DNA from: a virus
DNA length: 64,000 nucleotides
Strand: one strand, 5' to 3'
IMG/VR virus record: IMGVR_UViG_3300025070_000022
Location: 25,941 to 89,940 of that record
A program made the position numbers and the translations under genes. Below are positions 17,473-28,028 of the stretch, one piece after another. The notes beneath the pieces were generated by a model. That model saw nothing but the letters and a program-made list of their open reading frames with translations, was not told where the DNA came from and made no database searches. Position 1 is the stretch's first letter. Every line of letters starts with the position of its first letter.

Positions 17473-19376
17473 GCCCCCAAAACAACATAATCAGTTCCAG
17501 TTGAAATACAAGTAACACCATTACGAGCCGCTACTGCAATATCAGTTTGTGCGCCATTCATGTTATCGCCCGTACTACTATCTGACCCAGTTCGCAATGT
17601 AAAACCATTACCGTCGTTATTGACAATAGTGAAATGAACACCTGCACCCTGATTGTCGGGAATCGTAATAACAGTGCCACTTCCAGTAACAAAGATGTAT
17701 CTTCCGGCGTGAGTTGCTTCTGTTAAAGTAGTAGAAGTATTTAAACTAACAACTGGTAGTCTTGGAGAAACGAATGTTTGACCTGTTGCTACTGTTACAC
17801 TACCACTCAACGCTAAAGTTGATACTCCTTCAACTGCGGCGACAGCACTAGAACCGCCGCTAGTATCGGTATCAGCAATATACCATCCTTCTGCTACACC
17901 TGCAATACCACCATCAGCAATAGCCTGTAATGTAATAGATTCACCTTGTAGTAGTTTAATTGTATTAGTTACAGTGACTCTTTTATCGTGATTGATTAAA
18001 CCATTATCAATAGTTCCTGCTGTAGGGGTAATTGTCATAGTAGTAGGGTGAACATTTTTAATTGTAATAACCGTATCAGTATAAGCAGTAGGGGCAGGTA
18101 AGGTAGCAGTACCCGAAGGGTCATTAAGATAATTCATAGTAGCAGTAATTGTTGGATTAATGGTAGCGGCATTATTTGGTGCGGCATTTTTATTATGAAT
18201 AATAGTTGAACCAAAATTAACAACTCCATTTAATACGACTCCAATTGAAGTAGAAGCACCTCTTCCTGTAACTGTTTGTAATGTATCTGCCTCAGCAGTT
18301 AAGTAGGTATTACCATCTACTGTATAATTACCAACACCGTTTCTTTTCATAAAGCCGTTGCTTGTAAAGTCTGCATCTTGAAGAGGGTCGCCTAAAAAAG
18401 TTAATACTTGCCCTTGAGTTAATTCTTCAATTACACCATCAGCACCAGAAACTCTTCCCAACACTCTTTCGTCATTAACAACATTTTGAATCTTAGCATA
18501 AGTTATTCCATCGTCCTTTACTCTTAAAGCATCTGAATTAATTTCAATGGTGGAATCATCAACACCCACATTTAGTGTAACATCTCCAGTTGTTCCTCCA
18601 CCAGTTAAAGCACTACCCGCCACAACAGAAGTAATATCTCCCTGTGGTGCTAATGCGGCTATAGAAGAAGCAGTAACGGTTTTAATAACATCATTCACTC
18701 CCGTAGCGTTAGTATCTTGAATTAAAACCTTATCAGTACCTTCAACCGTAGCAGACCCTATGCCCGAAATAAATAATCCCTCACTGGTTCCAGTAATAGC
18801 ACTTGTTTCTGTGTAGGTAGTACTTCCAGCATCATAGCCGATACTCACTGAATTTTCGCTCTTAGCCGTAGTCAAATACTGAATAGACCTATCATTCACA
18901 GTCCCACCCGCATTCAATTTAATTATAGCAATAGGAATATCACCCGAAGTTAGTTGTGGCACTACATCAGTATCGGCCTTATCTCCTCTAATGGCCAATA
19001 CATTTGTAGAGTCACTAGTCACCACTAAGACGAAGTATGCGTTTCCGGAGGCAGGTTCATCGAAGGTAGAAGGAGTTCCTTGAGTGAAAGTAGCAGTAGC
19101 GATTTCTGGCATTAGTTTTCCATCTCTAATGACCTTACCTGCCCTCACTAAGAATTGCGTATTTCCGCTAGAGTCTGTCTGTACTATGCTAAAATTTTTA
19201 GTTGCGTCTGCTGTAGTTCCGTTTAGAATGGCATAACTATTCTGCAACCCTACCGATAATGCCTTGAGCAAACCACTATGCGGGAAATCTACGCCATCAA
19301 CTAAGCCACTACCTGCGGGGTTAGAATGAAATCTACTGTACTGTCCTATGTTTCTGCTGTCTGTCATATCACTCAA
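17469..19376 (-). CDS. Tail fibre protein
   Basis: Gly/Thr-rich, GDITSVVAGSALTGGGTTGDVTLNV, VDDSTIE, DTLQTVTGRG fibre motifs. Confidence 0.75.
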   Translation of the reverse strand: MSDMTDSRNIGQYSRFHSNPAGSGLVDGVDFPHSGLLKALSVGLQNSYAILNGTTADATKNFSIVQTDSSGNTQFLVRAGKVIRDGKLMPEIATATFTQGTPSTFDEPASGNAYFVLVVTSDSTNVLAIRGDKADTDVVPQLTSGDIPIAIIKLNAGGTVNDRSIQYLTTAKSENSVSIGYDAGSTTYTETSAITGTSEGLFISGIGSATVEGTDKVLIQDTNATGVNDVIKTVTASSIAALAPQGDITSVVAGSALTGGGTTGDVTLNVGVDDSTIEINSDALRVKDDGITYAKIQNVVNDERVLGRVSGADGVIEELTQGQVLTFLGDPLQDADFTSNGFMKRNGVGNYTVDGNTYLTAEADTLQTVTGRGASTSIGVVLNGVVNFGSTIIHNKNAAPNNAATINPTITATMNYLNDPSGTATLPAPTAYTDTVITIKNVHPTTMTITPTAGTIDNGLINHDKRVTVTNTIKLLQGESITLQAIADGGIAGVAEGWYIADTDTSGGSSAVAAVEGVSTLALSGSVTVATGQTFVSPRLPVVSLNTSTTLTEATHAGRYIFVTGSGTVITIPDNQGAGVHFTIVNNDGNGFTLRTGSDSSTGDNMNGAQTDIAVAARNGVTCISTGTDYVVLGA

Positions 19377-19707
19377 CCTCTATGCTAATGTAAAAATCAA
19401 TTTCTTCTCCGGAAGTAAATGGCCCTATTCCATCGAATGTAACTCTAGACAACATTTCTGTGTATCCGCTATTGAAAATTCCTATTTCTCTTATTGTGTA
19501 TCCAGCAACGGAGGAACCCAAGAGAGTGAATTTGAAATCTACAATGTTCCCGTCACTAGTAGTAGAAGAAGCAGAAATATCGTATATGGGTACATCTAGG
19601 TTAATAGATGCCGGATTGGTAGAGTTACCACCCACTCCCACCCTAGCCTTTGTAAATGTGTTTTTCAAATGCAAGGCAATGTTTTCTCTAACGGAATCTA
19701 CTATCAA
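19369..19707 (-). CDS. Tail/baseplate small protein
   Basis: VGVGG, TIREIGIF..., LSRVTF pattern typical of fibre-attachment proteins. Confidence 0.6.
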   Translation of the reverse strand: MIVDSVRENIALHLKNTFTKARVGVGGNSTNPASINLDVPIYDISASSTTSDGNIVDFKFTLLGSSVAGYTIREIGIFNSGYTEMLSRVTFDGIGPFTSGEEIDFYISIEVE

Positions 19708-22700
19708 AATTCATCCTCCAGTATTGTTTCAAGGGTATTTCCGCCAGCCGATAGACCTAAATTTAGGTCGAAGCCTAGTGTCTGCTCAAACCCAAGATTG
19801 AAAGAGTTTGCGCTTGCATTAGCCCTTTTCTTGACAACGATTTTTCTTTCTGTTAGGCTTATCTTCTCAAAGAAATCTTTAGATGTACGAACATTATCGA
19901 AAGAATCGCTTCTTGATTGAGCCTCTATCTTTTTAGTATTCTTCAAAATTTCAGCAAACCTATCCGTTAAGCCTTTAGTGAATTTACCAAGTTCTAATTT
20001 GATAGTACCAATTTGAGTATGTTCCATTTCTAAAATTACATATTTAGAGTATGCAATTCCTTCTTGTAATAGTTCAAGTCCTATAATATCCGATGGTCTT
20101 ACTTGTCCTAAATTCCTATGACCTAGTTCCAAAGAAATCTTCTTGTTAGAACTGGAATGTAATCTTAATAGGTTATACGCCCTATCGTCTACTTCCTGTT
20201 GAGTAGATAGGCTATTGTCGTTAATTTCCAATACCTTTCTTCCTCTTTCACGAATACTACTTCCGTTCTTTCTAACTGCTATTTTATCGTTAGAATAAAC
20301 TCTAACTTCATTGTAGAAGTCAAAGAGAACATCAGATTGGCTAAAGTTCACAATTTGTAATTCGTTTTTTGCATCTGTAATTGTTATCTTAGGTGAAAAT
20401 GCTGAATCCTTTTGGTCCTTGATTGAAAATTTATTATTGTCATAAATCAATCTTTTATTTTTCTTTTCAATTAGATAGTTAATTGCTGAAAATAAATCAG
20501 TTCCTTTTAGATTAGGTGCTACAATTAAGGGGTAGTCGTCGGAGTAGCCAGTAGTAAATTCTATGTCATTTTCTTCAAAGAGATTATTGATGAGAGTTTC
20601 TGTTTCTTCACCAATAGTAACTCCAGTACCTATGACTGCCCTAACTGGCTTACCTTTTAGGTTCTTATTCGTGGTGATAGTAATGGTATCCGATAATGAA
20701 ACTATGCCTTTAGTCAACTTATGTTTCCCAAAGGTAATGGCAAGACCCCTTCCTACAATGTCACCATCTCCAGTCCCTAACCAATCTATTTCAGTTGAGG
20801 TTTTGAAAGCGGTATTACCGTCGCTGATACATAGTGTCGAAGGTATTTCTGCCTTCTTAGTTTCTATATCAGCGAATTGATATAAAGCCAATAGCGGGCT
20901 TCTAGACACAACATGTTCCTTTGTACCACTGACCACCTTTCCATCTAAGTCTACAGTACAATACATAGACAACACTCCTTCGTTATGTCCCATGTTTTCT
21001 ATTGCAGTACCAGTGCTATATGTTAGGCTTCTCTTAGGGGAGTTTTCACCCTTTATCAAATAGTCTTTAATTGTACTATAGGTTTCATTCTTATATGGCA
21101 TCTTAGTATATTCCGATGATAAAGTGTTTATTTTAATTTTACTAGGAGTATATTCGTAAGTACAAGTTTCATTAGGTTGCATAACCCTATAGTATCCCGT
21201 AGGCAAATTAACATCACTTAGTACTATATGTCTTTTAGTAGAACTACCACTGTCTATTTCATGGGTCACTACATAACCCATTGAAGAAGGGGATGTGTTG
21301 TTTATTGCGGGTTGTTGTGTATCTAAGTCCACTGTTTGTGTAATGGTAGTGCCAGTTCCGTATTCTATCCCCTTTTCCGATACTAAATAGCATCCTGTTA
21401 AGTCTTTAATGAAATCTAAATATGGATAGTCACTGGAATTTAATGTGTATTTATACAAGGTAGTTCCCGATGGTCCTCTTACAGAAGCACTACTAGGTAG
21501 TTTAATTCTAAGTTTGAATCCCATATAGACCCCTTCTCCGTCGCTAGTCGTTGTAGATTCTAGACTACTATTGCCACCTCTTACGGTTCCTATTGGATTG
21601 TCAAATAGATTAGGTCTTACTGTAAATCCATAATTTAGCAAAGTTCCATTTGGATATTCTCTTAAATGGGCGTTGTTGATTGGCGGAGTTACTGTTCCCG
21701 ACTCCGATAGAATTGAGCCATCTTCCGTGTCGAATCTATCTAATACTACTCCCATAAACCCATATCTTAGGAATTGAGAAGGAGTGGTAGCATTGACAGT
21801 AGCGTCTAAAAGAGAATTATAGTGTTTTAATAATAGACTAGAATGCCCCGTCACAGCAGAGTTGTCGATGAACGGAGCATTATTACTAGAACTACCTTGA
21901 GTCATTGGTAGGATTAAATGACTATGGTGATTGCTAGTAGCAGTGAGTCCGTTTAGTGCGCCTCCTATCTCTGTCGTAGAAGTATCATTTTCAAACTTAC
22001 CACCGTGAAGTATTGAAATCAAAGGATGAATACTAGAATCAAACTCGGAAGCCCCCTTACTATCTCCATGTCCTCTAAATATGGCTTGCCGTTTAACTGC
22101 CTTGAATAAATTACCTGTAGCAATTCCTCCCGAACTAGTTGTCTTTACTATCTTTCTAGTAGAATCCCCATGATACAAATTCTTTAGCGTTATTGTAGTG
22201 GTCGAAACACTAGAAACTTCCCCAATCATATTTCCATCGCTGTCACAAATAATGTCATTTGCACTTAGGGAAGAACTCACATCTGAAGTAGTGAGTATAG
22301 CATCGTCGGAATCTCTAAAGCCAAAAGTCGTTCCTAAATCTGTAAATTCATAAAAGTGATAATTGAAGATTCTCATTGTTTTTGTTTTGTTTGGAAGGTG
22401 TTCGGGGTTTATTTGATTCATAGTTGAATCGAAAACTAACTCAGTTAATCTCATTAAACCAAAAGTAGTCATTTTGGTAATGTCTTCTACATCGTATTCT
22501 AAGATGTTAGCCGTATCATAATCATTGTCTAGGTATTTCTTTGCCTTTCCAGAACCTCCATACTTAGAATGTTTATCGGAAGTAGTATCTTCTGTTGGTT
22601 TGTTCAACAAATACAGACTAAAGTTTTTCAAATCCCTATTAGAGTAGAACAGACTATCATCTCTCAATTTACTATACGGTAATAAATCCGAAGTCGCAAA

Positions 22701-25700
22701 TAGGAAAAGTCTAGCGGCTTTAGGGTCTAACTGTTCCAAGAAATCTTTAATGTAAAAGTTAGATTTAATTCTACCACCTAATGTAGAGTCGTGTGAAGTA
22801 AAAACTTTATCTCTAGAGTGACCTGCTTCATGTACCACATAATCCCAAAATAGTGAACCACTAGCAGGGAAATATCCCCTCTCCTCAACTGGCAAGTGTA
22901 AATGAGAAGTTTCTCTAAATCTACTAGGTATTTTTTCTAAGGCGGTAGAACTTCTTCCTTGATTCATTTTGTAGGACGAAGCATAGTATTGAACCGAACT
23001 ACTACCATCATAGTAATTAGCATCGGAAGCCCTACCAACCTCTTCCTTTTCTGCGGTACTAACATCAGTAGTGTGATATTTACTAGCAATCACTTGTGTT
23101 TTTCTATTAAAAATTCCTTTCTCTATGTGGTTTATTTTGTAAAGAGGAACTCCATATTTTTCAACATAGGTTTCGACCAATTCGTGAGTTAGTGCTGTAG
23201 TTGGTCTAAGATAATTGTAGTAGGTTGGCTTCTGCATATCATCAGCCCCATAATCAACTCCTGCTTCAATTCCATATTGAGAATTCAATAGAGTTATCAT
23301 CTTACCCCCATGTAAATGCTCTCCATTCACTAGGTACAAATTGTGAGTATTTTTTCCGGAATACTGATTATTTGCTGTAGTTGTGAACCCTAATGTAGAA
23401 ATGGTTTCACCCAAACTGAAATTATTTACTGCCCTATCTAAGAAAACTCTCCAAGTATCTACCCCACTTGAAACTGTATTATAGCATACTACTTGAGTAC
23501 AATATCCTACAAATACAGAACTCAAATAAATAGGCAACCCTACATCTGCCACTGTCTTGATAGTAGAAGTATTGGACGGGTTAATGTCTAGGTATTTGTT
23601 ACCATCAACATCAAAACCACTACCACTACTAGTAGTAACACCTATTGTGGTTAATGTGGTATCGTAAGTATCGCTATCATTATGGTCTACTCTTCCTAAA
23701 GTTACAGGGAAGTAAGGGGCTAATTCTATGGTGGTTTTTCCATCTACAGTAGAGGTGTTCAAAACAGTAAAATCAATCAAGGTATTGACTGTTTCAAAGG
23801 TTTCATAATTTGTACCTCCATCACTTAGTTTGGCTTGGAACGCTTCTTCCTTTCCTATAGAAGAGGGGTGTTGTATATGAAATCCAACGGCATTGCTATC
23901 AACTCCGGAAGTTCTAGAAGTAGTACTCCCACTCAGTAGAGTACCGTCTAGTTTTTCGCCACTGTTGAAAAGTAATCCCTTGTCACTATTTCCCCCTAGG
24001 CTAGTAGCAAAGGTGGGTAGTTTATTGTTAGCAGATAGGGCTTTATTTAGAATATAATTTGTTTCTACTTCTTTCCATAGTTGTATTTCATTGACAGTAT
24101 CAGTACTCATTGCTTCCGCCAATGGTAAATTTTTCAAAGATATTGTAGTTTTTCCTATTGATGGAAAGTTTAGTGTTGTGGTCGCTCCCTCTCCTATGTA
24201 CGCTACTACACCATTTGTGTATTTTACAAATAGTTTTTTATTTACTAAACCAGTACTAAAATTAGTGATAGCAAAGGTTTTATTGTTAAAAGTTAAATCT
24301 CCCCCACTGTCCAAAACCCCGACAAGTTCTAACTTATTGTGTGGACTTCTAGTTGAATAGATAATATCCTCCGAAAAATTAGAATTACGATTTACTATTG
24401 GAGAAATTAGTTTTGAATAGTTATCCCTACCGGAAATAGTCATAGTACTCATACCCATATTTTTGTCTATTTCTATTTGTTCTATTTCTCCGTTGAATCT
24501 CTCTACTTCAATGATATATTGTCCGGAGACATATTCCAAAGAAGTGTAAGCAACATTGTATTTTTTACCTATTGAGTTATTGAAGGATAGAGTTAGAAAC
24601 TTTTGGTCTTTATTTGAACTCGTTACAGTCGCTTCAAGTCCTGCATAATTCTTATCCAAGAAAACTATTTTTAGTTGACTTTCTCTTCCTTCAATGAAAG
24701 GAAAGGTAGTGAGTAGATTGCTCTTAGATGAACTAAAGGCTCTACGATATAATCTATCACCTGCGCTTAGTGTATAGGAAGAGGTAGAGAAGGAACTTTC
24801 TGTGTCTAATCTAGAACTAGTAGTGAAAGTAATATCTTGTGTAAATGCACTAGCATTGAAAGCATCAATTGTATCAACTCTTACTACTCTAGACCCTACT
24901 AATATTTCATCATCTAATGATAACAAATTCGCTAAATCATATCCTTCTTCTGTAGTAAATGTGTACTCATTTCCTGTGACATTTGCCTTCACTGTCGCCT
25001 TGAGGGGGAACCATTCAAAGAACTCACCCCTATGCTGTTGCTGTCGAACTCTAAAAGCCTCAAACTCCCCTACCTTTGAGGACATGATTCGGGAGGTGTC
25101 TACAATTCTTGACTCCGCATAACCCCCCCTCCCGCCAAATGATTCTTTCAAATTGGTGCTAATAACCATAGGGACTTCGTTGGCTGTTTCGGGAGAATAG
25201 CCGTAGTGAAGATACCGATATGGGCCAACTAGATTGAGAGCGGATTTCACATTGTTGTCGTCACGCCTAGCATGGTAAAACGATTCATCATAATCTGTGA
25301 AGTCATTATTCACTAATGTCAATCCTTCATTAGAAGTCTGTTTGGTGCTAGTATAACTGCTAGTACTGGGGTCGTCTAGTACCTTTAAATTGTCAACAAG
25401 CGCAGTTTTAATGTTAAACTTACTGTAGTCTTTAACAGAAAAACCATAGTCTTGAGAAGTAATAAATGTGTTTGTCACAAATGAACTAATGGTAGCACTG
25501 CCCATTTGAGAAGAAGCATATTTGACATAATATTTTTTATTGTGGTCAAGTTGATTCTTCTTATCTAGTCTAGAATTGTGAAAGTAAAATAGGGGTTTAG
25601 AACATAGCAATGATTTATTCATTCTGTAGGTAGTGCTACCCGCAGTAATTTCAGTAGCAAGAACACCACTACTCACCGCCACTATAGTAGATTCATCCTC

Positions 25701-26189
25701 ATCATCTCCTCTAAATACCATGAATTTAGTGTCCTTGGTAATAGAAGAACCTAGTCTCGGCTCAAATTCAAAACTATCCCCTGCAACATCATCAGTAGTA
25801 AATTGTGTAATTCTAGCAAAGTGGTGAGTTAATCCACTATCCGAGTTTATCAATACATAGTGATTATAGCCATTATCAGTAGAATTTAGGCGAATGCCTT
25901 CTTCAGTAATGCTATCATAGCACTTTATTTTGTACCCCTCGGTATTTTCTAAATTGGAATATTGTGTACCGGCAGAATCCGAACCTTGTAATTGCTGAAC
26001 GAAAATGTCATTATTAGAATCATCAGTAGATATGTAAGTGAACATTCTATGGGTATCAGTACAAGTAAGCGTATCGTGAATAATAGGATTCGTAGGGCAA
26101 TCGAAATTGACATTGTTACCTGCGTTTCCTAGAGTGGCTTCCACAGTAGGATTTATTGCAGTACCCTTACGCATAGCATATACTGTCAT
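19704..26189 (-). CDS. Large tail hub/central tail protein (2161 aa)
   Basis: Position after the tape measure and distal tail genes; TISGRD and C-terminal NEVRVY...ELG hub-like segments. Confidence 0.65.
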   Translation of the reverse strand: MTVYAMRKGTAINPTVEATLGNAGNNVNFDCPTNPIIHDTLTCTDTHRMFTYISTDDSNNDIFVQQLQGSDSAGTQYSNLENTEGYKIKCYDSITEEGIRLNSTDNGYNHYVLINSDSGLTHHFARITQFTTDDVAGDSFEFEPRLGSSITKDTKFMVFRGDDEDESTIVAVSSGVLATEITAGSTTYRMNKSLLCSKPLFYFHNSRLDKKNQLDHNKKYYVKYASSQMGSATISSFVTNTFITSQDYGFSVKDYSKFNIKTALVDNLKVLDDPSTSSYTSTKQTSNEGLTLVNNDFTDYDESFYHARRDDNNVKSALNLVGPYRYLHYGYSPETANEVPMVISTNLKESFGGRGGYAESRIVDTSRIMSSKVGEFEAFRVRQQQHRGEFFEWFPLKATVKANVTGNEYTFTTEEGYDLANLLSLDDEILVGSRVVRVDTIDAFNASAFTQDITFTTSSRLDTESSFSTSSYTLSAGDRLYRRAFSSSKSNLLTTFPFIEGRESQLKIVFLDKNYAGLEATVTSSNKDQKFLTLSFNNSIGKKYNVAYTSLEYVSGQYIIEVERFNGEIEQIEIDKNMGMSTMTISGRDNYSKLISPIVNRNSNFSEDIIYSTRSPHNKLELVGVLDSGGDLTFNNKTFAITNFSTGLVNKKLFVKYTNGVVAYIGEGATTTLNFPSIGKTTISLKNLPLAEAMSTDTVNEIQLWKEVETNYILNKALSANNKLPTFATSLGGNSDKGLLFNSGEKLDGTLLSGSTTSRTSGVDSNAVGFHIQHPSSIGKEEAFQAKLSDGGTNYETFETVNTLIDFTVLNTSTVDGKTTIELAPYFPVTLGRVDHNDSDTYDTTLTTIGVTTSSGSGFDVDGNKYLDINPSNTSTIKTVADVGLPIYLSSVFVGYCTQVVCYNTVSSGVDTWRVFLDRAVNNFSLGETISTLGFTTTANNQYSGKNTHNLYLVNGEHLHGGKMITLLNSQYGIEAGVDYGADDMQKPTYYNYLRPTTALTHELVETYVEKYGVPLYKINHIEKGIFNRKTQVIASKYHTTDVSTAEKEEVGRASDANYYDGSSSVQYYASSYKMNQGRSSTALEKIPSRFRETSHLHLPVEERGYFPASGSLFWDYVVHEAGHSRDKVFTSHDSTLGGRIKSNFYIKDFLEQLDPKAARLFLFATSDLLPYSKLRDDSLFYSNRDLKNFSLYLLNKPTEDTTSDKHSKYGGSGKAKKYLDNDYDTANILEYDVEDITKMTTFGLMRLTELVFDSTMNQINPEHLPNKTKTMRIFNYHFYEFTDLGTTFGFRDSDDAILTTSDVSSSLSANDIICDSDGNMIGEVSSVSTTTITLKNLYHGDSTRKIVKTTSSGGIATGNLFKAVKRQAIFRGHGDSKGASEFDSSIHPLISILHGGKFENDTSTTEIGGALNGLTATSNHHSHLILPMTQGSSSNNAPFIDNSAVTGHSSLLLKHYNSLLDATVNATTPSQFLRYGFMGVVLDRFDTEDGSILSESGTVTPPINNAHLREYPNGTLLNYGFTVRPNLFDNPIGTVRGGNSSLESTTTSDGEGVYMGFKLRIKLPSSASVRGPSGTTLYKYTLNSSDYPYLDFIKDLTGCYLVSEKGIEYGTGTTITQTVDLDTQQPAINNTSPSSMGYVVTHEIDSGSSTKRHIVLSDVNLPTGYYRVMQPNETCTYEYTPSKIKINTLSSEYTKMPYKNETYSTIKDYLIKGENSPKRSLTYSTGTAIENMGHNEGVLSMYCTVDLDGKVVSGTKEHVVSRSPLLALYQFADIETKKAEIPSTLCISDGNTAFKTSTEIDWLGTGDGDIVGRGLAITFGKHKLTKGIVSLSDTITITTNKNLKGKPVRAVIGTGVTIGEETETLINNLFEENDIEFTTGYSDDYPLIVAPNLKGTDLFSAINYLIEKKNKRLIYDNNKFSIKDQKDSAFSPKITITDAKNELQIVNFSQSDVLFDFYNEVRVYSNDKIAVRKNGSSIRERGRKVLEINDNSLSTQQEVDDRAYNLLRLHSSSNKKISLELGHRNLGQVRPSDIIGLELLQEGIAYSKYVILEMEHTQIGTIKLELGKFTKGLTDRFAEILKNTKKIEAQSRSDSFDNVRTSKDFFEKISLTERKIVVKKRANASANSFNLGFEQTLGFDLNLGLSAGGNTLETILEDEF

Positions 26190-27343
26190 TGGTCTATCTC
26201 CTCGAATCTAAAGTAAAGTACTGTGTCTGCAAATCTAGGGGTTAAATTATTGACATTGAATTTATTTCTAGCCCCCCTACTCATAGCAAATTCGTGAAAC
26301 TCTCCCATAAATTGCTTGTTAGTGGTCGCACTATTTGTACCAGTAGCCCCGCTACCATTAGCACCCAAAAATAAATCTTCTTTATCCATAGCAAATGTCC
26401 CACTCCCCGAATGGGTAGCACTTGCCACTTCACTATTATTAAAATAAATTGCCATTACTTTGCTATCCGAATCATAAGTAGCGGCTATGTGAAATAGCCC
26501 ATCAACATAAGATGGATTCATTGGTGCTTTGATATAGAGGTCTGTTGAATTTAGTGCAGTAGATTGAGAAGTATCCAAAGTCACTGCAAAAGAATCTCCG
26601 GAAGAAGACGATGGAGTGGCGGCAACCTTTCCTATGGAAGTAAAACCAAATCCATTCTTTATGAATAGTTCTTGGCCTTCGTGTAGTATATTGTTTGCAG
26701 TGGAAATAAAGGTCAAAGTAGTCCCACTATTCCCACTAGATTTTGTTGTTCTAGCATAGACATGACTGTATTTACCATTGGAGTCAAAAATACCTTTAGC
26801 ATACGAGACTTGTGTGTGACTACCAAGCGGCCAATTAATTCCACTAGAAGGCAAAATTAATGCAGAAGTTTCTAGACTTTGAGTAGTAGTACCCAGTGTA
26901 ACAGAAAATTTAATCTTGTATTCTGCCGGTTGGTTTTCATTATGCAAAGTAGTATTTATCAAAGAAAGTTGCACCTTACTACTATGGAATATTCTCATCT
27001 CATGTGTGTGTTTTGCAGTTTCAGCCAAATAGTAATGAGAAACATAATCTGTTTGAGTCACATCTTTGTCAATTGCTGGCATTACCTTTCCGGAGTCTGT
27101 TGATACATAATTTAAGGCTCCTACACTATGCCTACCGTATCCGTTTAAGTCGTATGGTGTCACAGTAGCCTCGATAGTAAAAGCGTCGTCTAAAGACCAA
27201 GGCCCATACACTACATCATCACTACTACCAATGCTAGAATCTGCTCCTATCGCAATATTATCATAATAGTCTATTTTCACATGACCATTACACATTACAG
27301 GGAAGACTAAACTTCTTTGCTTTCCTGTTAATACTCGATACAT
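26186..27343 (-). CDS. Tail protein with LamG/concanavalin A-like domain
   Basis: FTIEATV, FHIAATYD, IYFN, LFLGA, FMGEFHEF. Confidence 0.7.
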   Translation of the reverse strand: MYRVLTGKQRSLVFPVMCNGHVKIDYYDNIAIGADSSIGSSDDVVYGPWSLDDAFTIEATVTPYDLNGYGRHSVGALNYVSTDSGKVMPAIDKDVTQTDYVSHYYLAETAKHTHEMRIFHSSKVQLSLINTTLHNENQPAEYKIKFSVTLGTTTQSLETSALILPSSGINWPLGSHTQVSYAKGIFDSNGKYSHVYARTTKSSGNSGTTLTFISTANNILHEGQELFIKNGFGFTSIGKVAATPSSSSGDSFAVTLDTSQSTALNSTDLYIKAPMNPSYVDGLFHIAATYDSDSKVMAIYFNNSEVASATHSGSGTFAMDKEDLFLGANGSGATGTNSATTNKQFMGEFHEFAMSRGARNKFNVNNLTPRFADTVLYFRFEEIDQ

Positions 27344-27352
27344 AATTTCACC

Positions 27353-28024
27353 TCAAGAAAGAGCGTCGGCTAACTTGGTAGCAACCTTTCCACTTGGGAA
27401 TACTTCTGCAATTTCAAACTGCATACTAAAACCCACATCAATAGTTTCCGAGTCTATTGTAGATTCAAAACTTCTAATGAATCCTTTCATTCCCTCGGAA
27501 GTACTAGAAGTAGGAAAGTCACTGACTACTCTACCAACAGTTCCGTAGTTGTCTAACTTACCACCTTCCCCTCTAGAAGCGTAGTTGAATGGAATAGTGG
27601 TAGCAGTTCTAGCGTTGCCGTCTGCCCCTACCTTAGAATCATATAGAAATACTAGTTCGTTGATAGATTGGAATGTTTGTAATCCAGTAGAGTCTACACT
27701 AGAATGAATCATTTGTGCTATTTCAATTGGAGTGTAAATCCTAGGGCCTTCATCTTCTGTAGCCAGCCCATTCCATTTTTTATTGATAGCCTGTTCTGTG
27801 ATGAAACCTTGTAGACTCACGCTTTTAGAAGCCATACCCAAGTCTAGAGCGGCGGTTACTGATTCTCCGGATAACGCTCCCGATAGAGGAACTTCGATAG
27901 AAGGAATTGTCTTGTTAGTACTGATGCTAAGACTAGTGACCTTCAAAGGAATGGTATTGATAGATAAGTCGTCAGTTCGGTATGCCCCGAATTTCAAGAA
28001 TACTACATGGTCTAATGCGCTCAT
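27353..28024 (-). CDS. Distal tail protein-like
   Basis: Directly follows the tape measure gene; beta-rich. Confidence 0.5.
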   Translation of the reverse strand: MSALDHVVFLKFGAYRTDDLSINTIPLKVTSLSISTNKTIPSIEVPLSGALSGESVTAALDLGMASKSVSLQGFITEQAINKKWNGLATEDEGPRIYTPIEIAQMIHSSVDSTGLQTFQSINELVFLYDSKVGADGNARTATTIPFNYASRGEGGKLDNYGTVGRVVSDFPTSSTSEGMKGFIRSFESTIDSETIDVGFSMQFEIAEVFPSGKVATKLADALS

Positions 28025-28028
28025 ATTA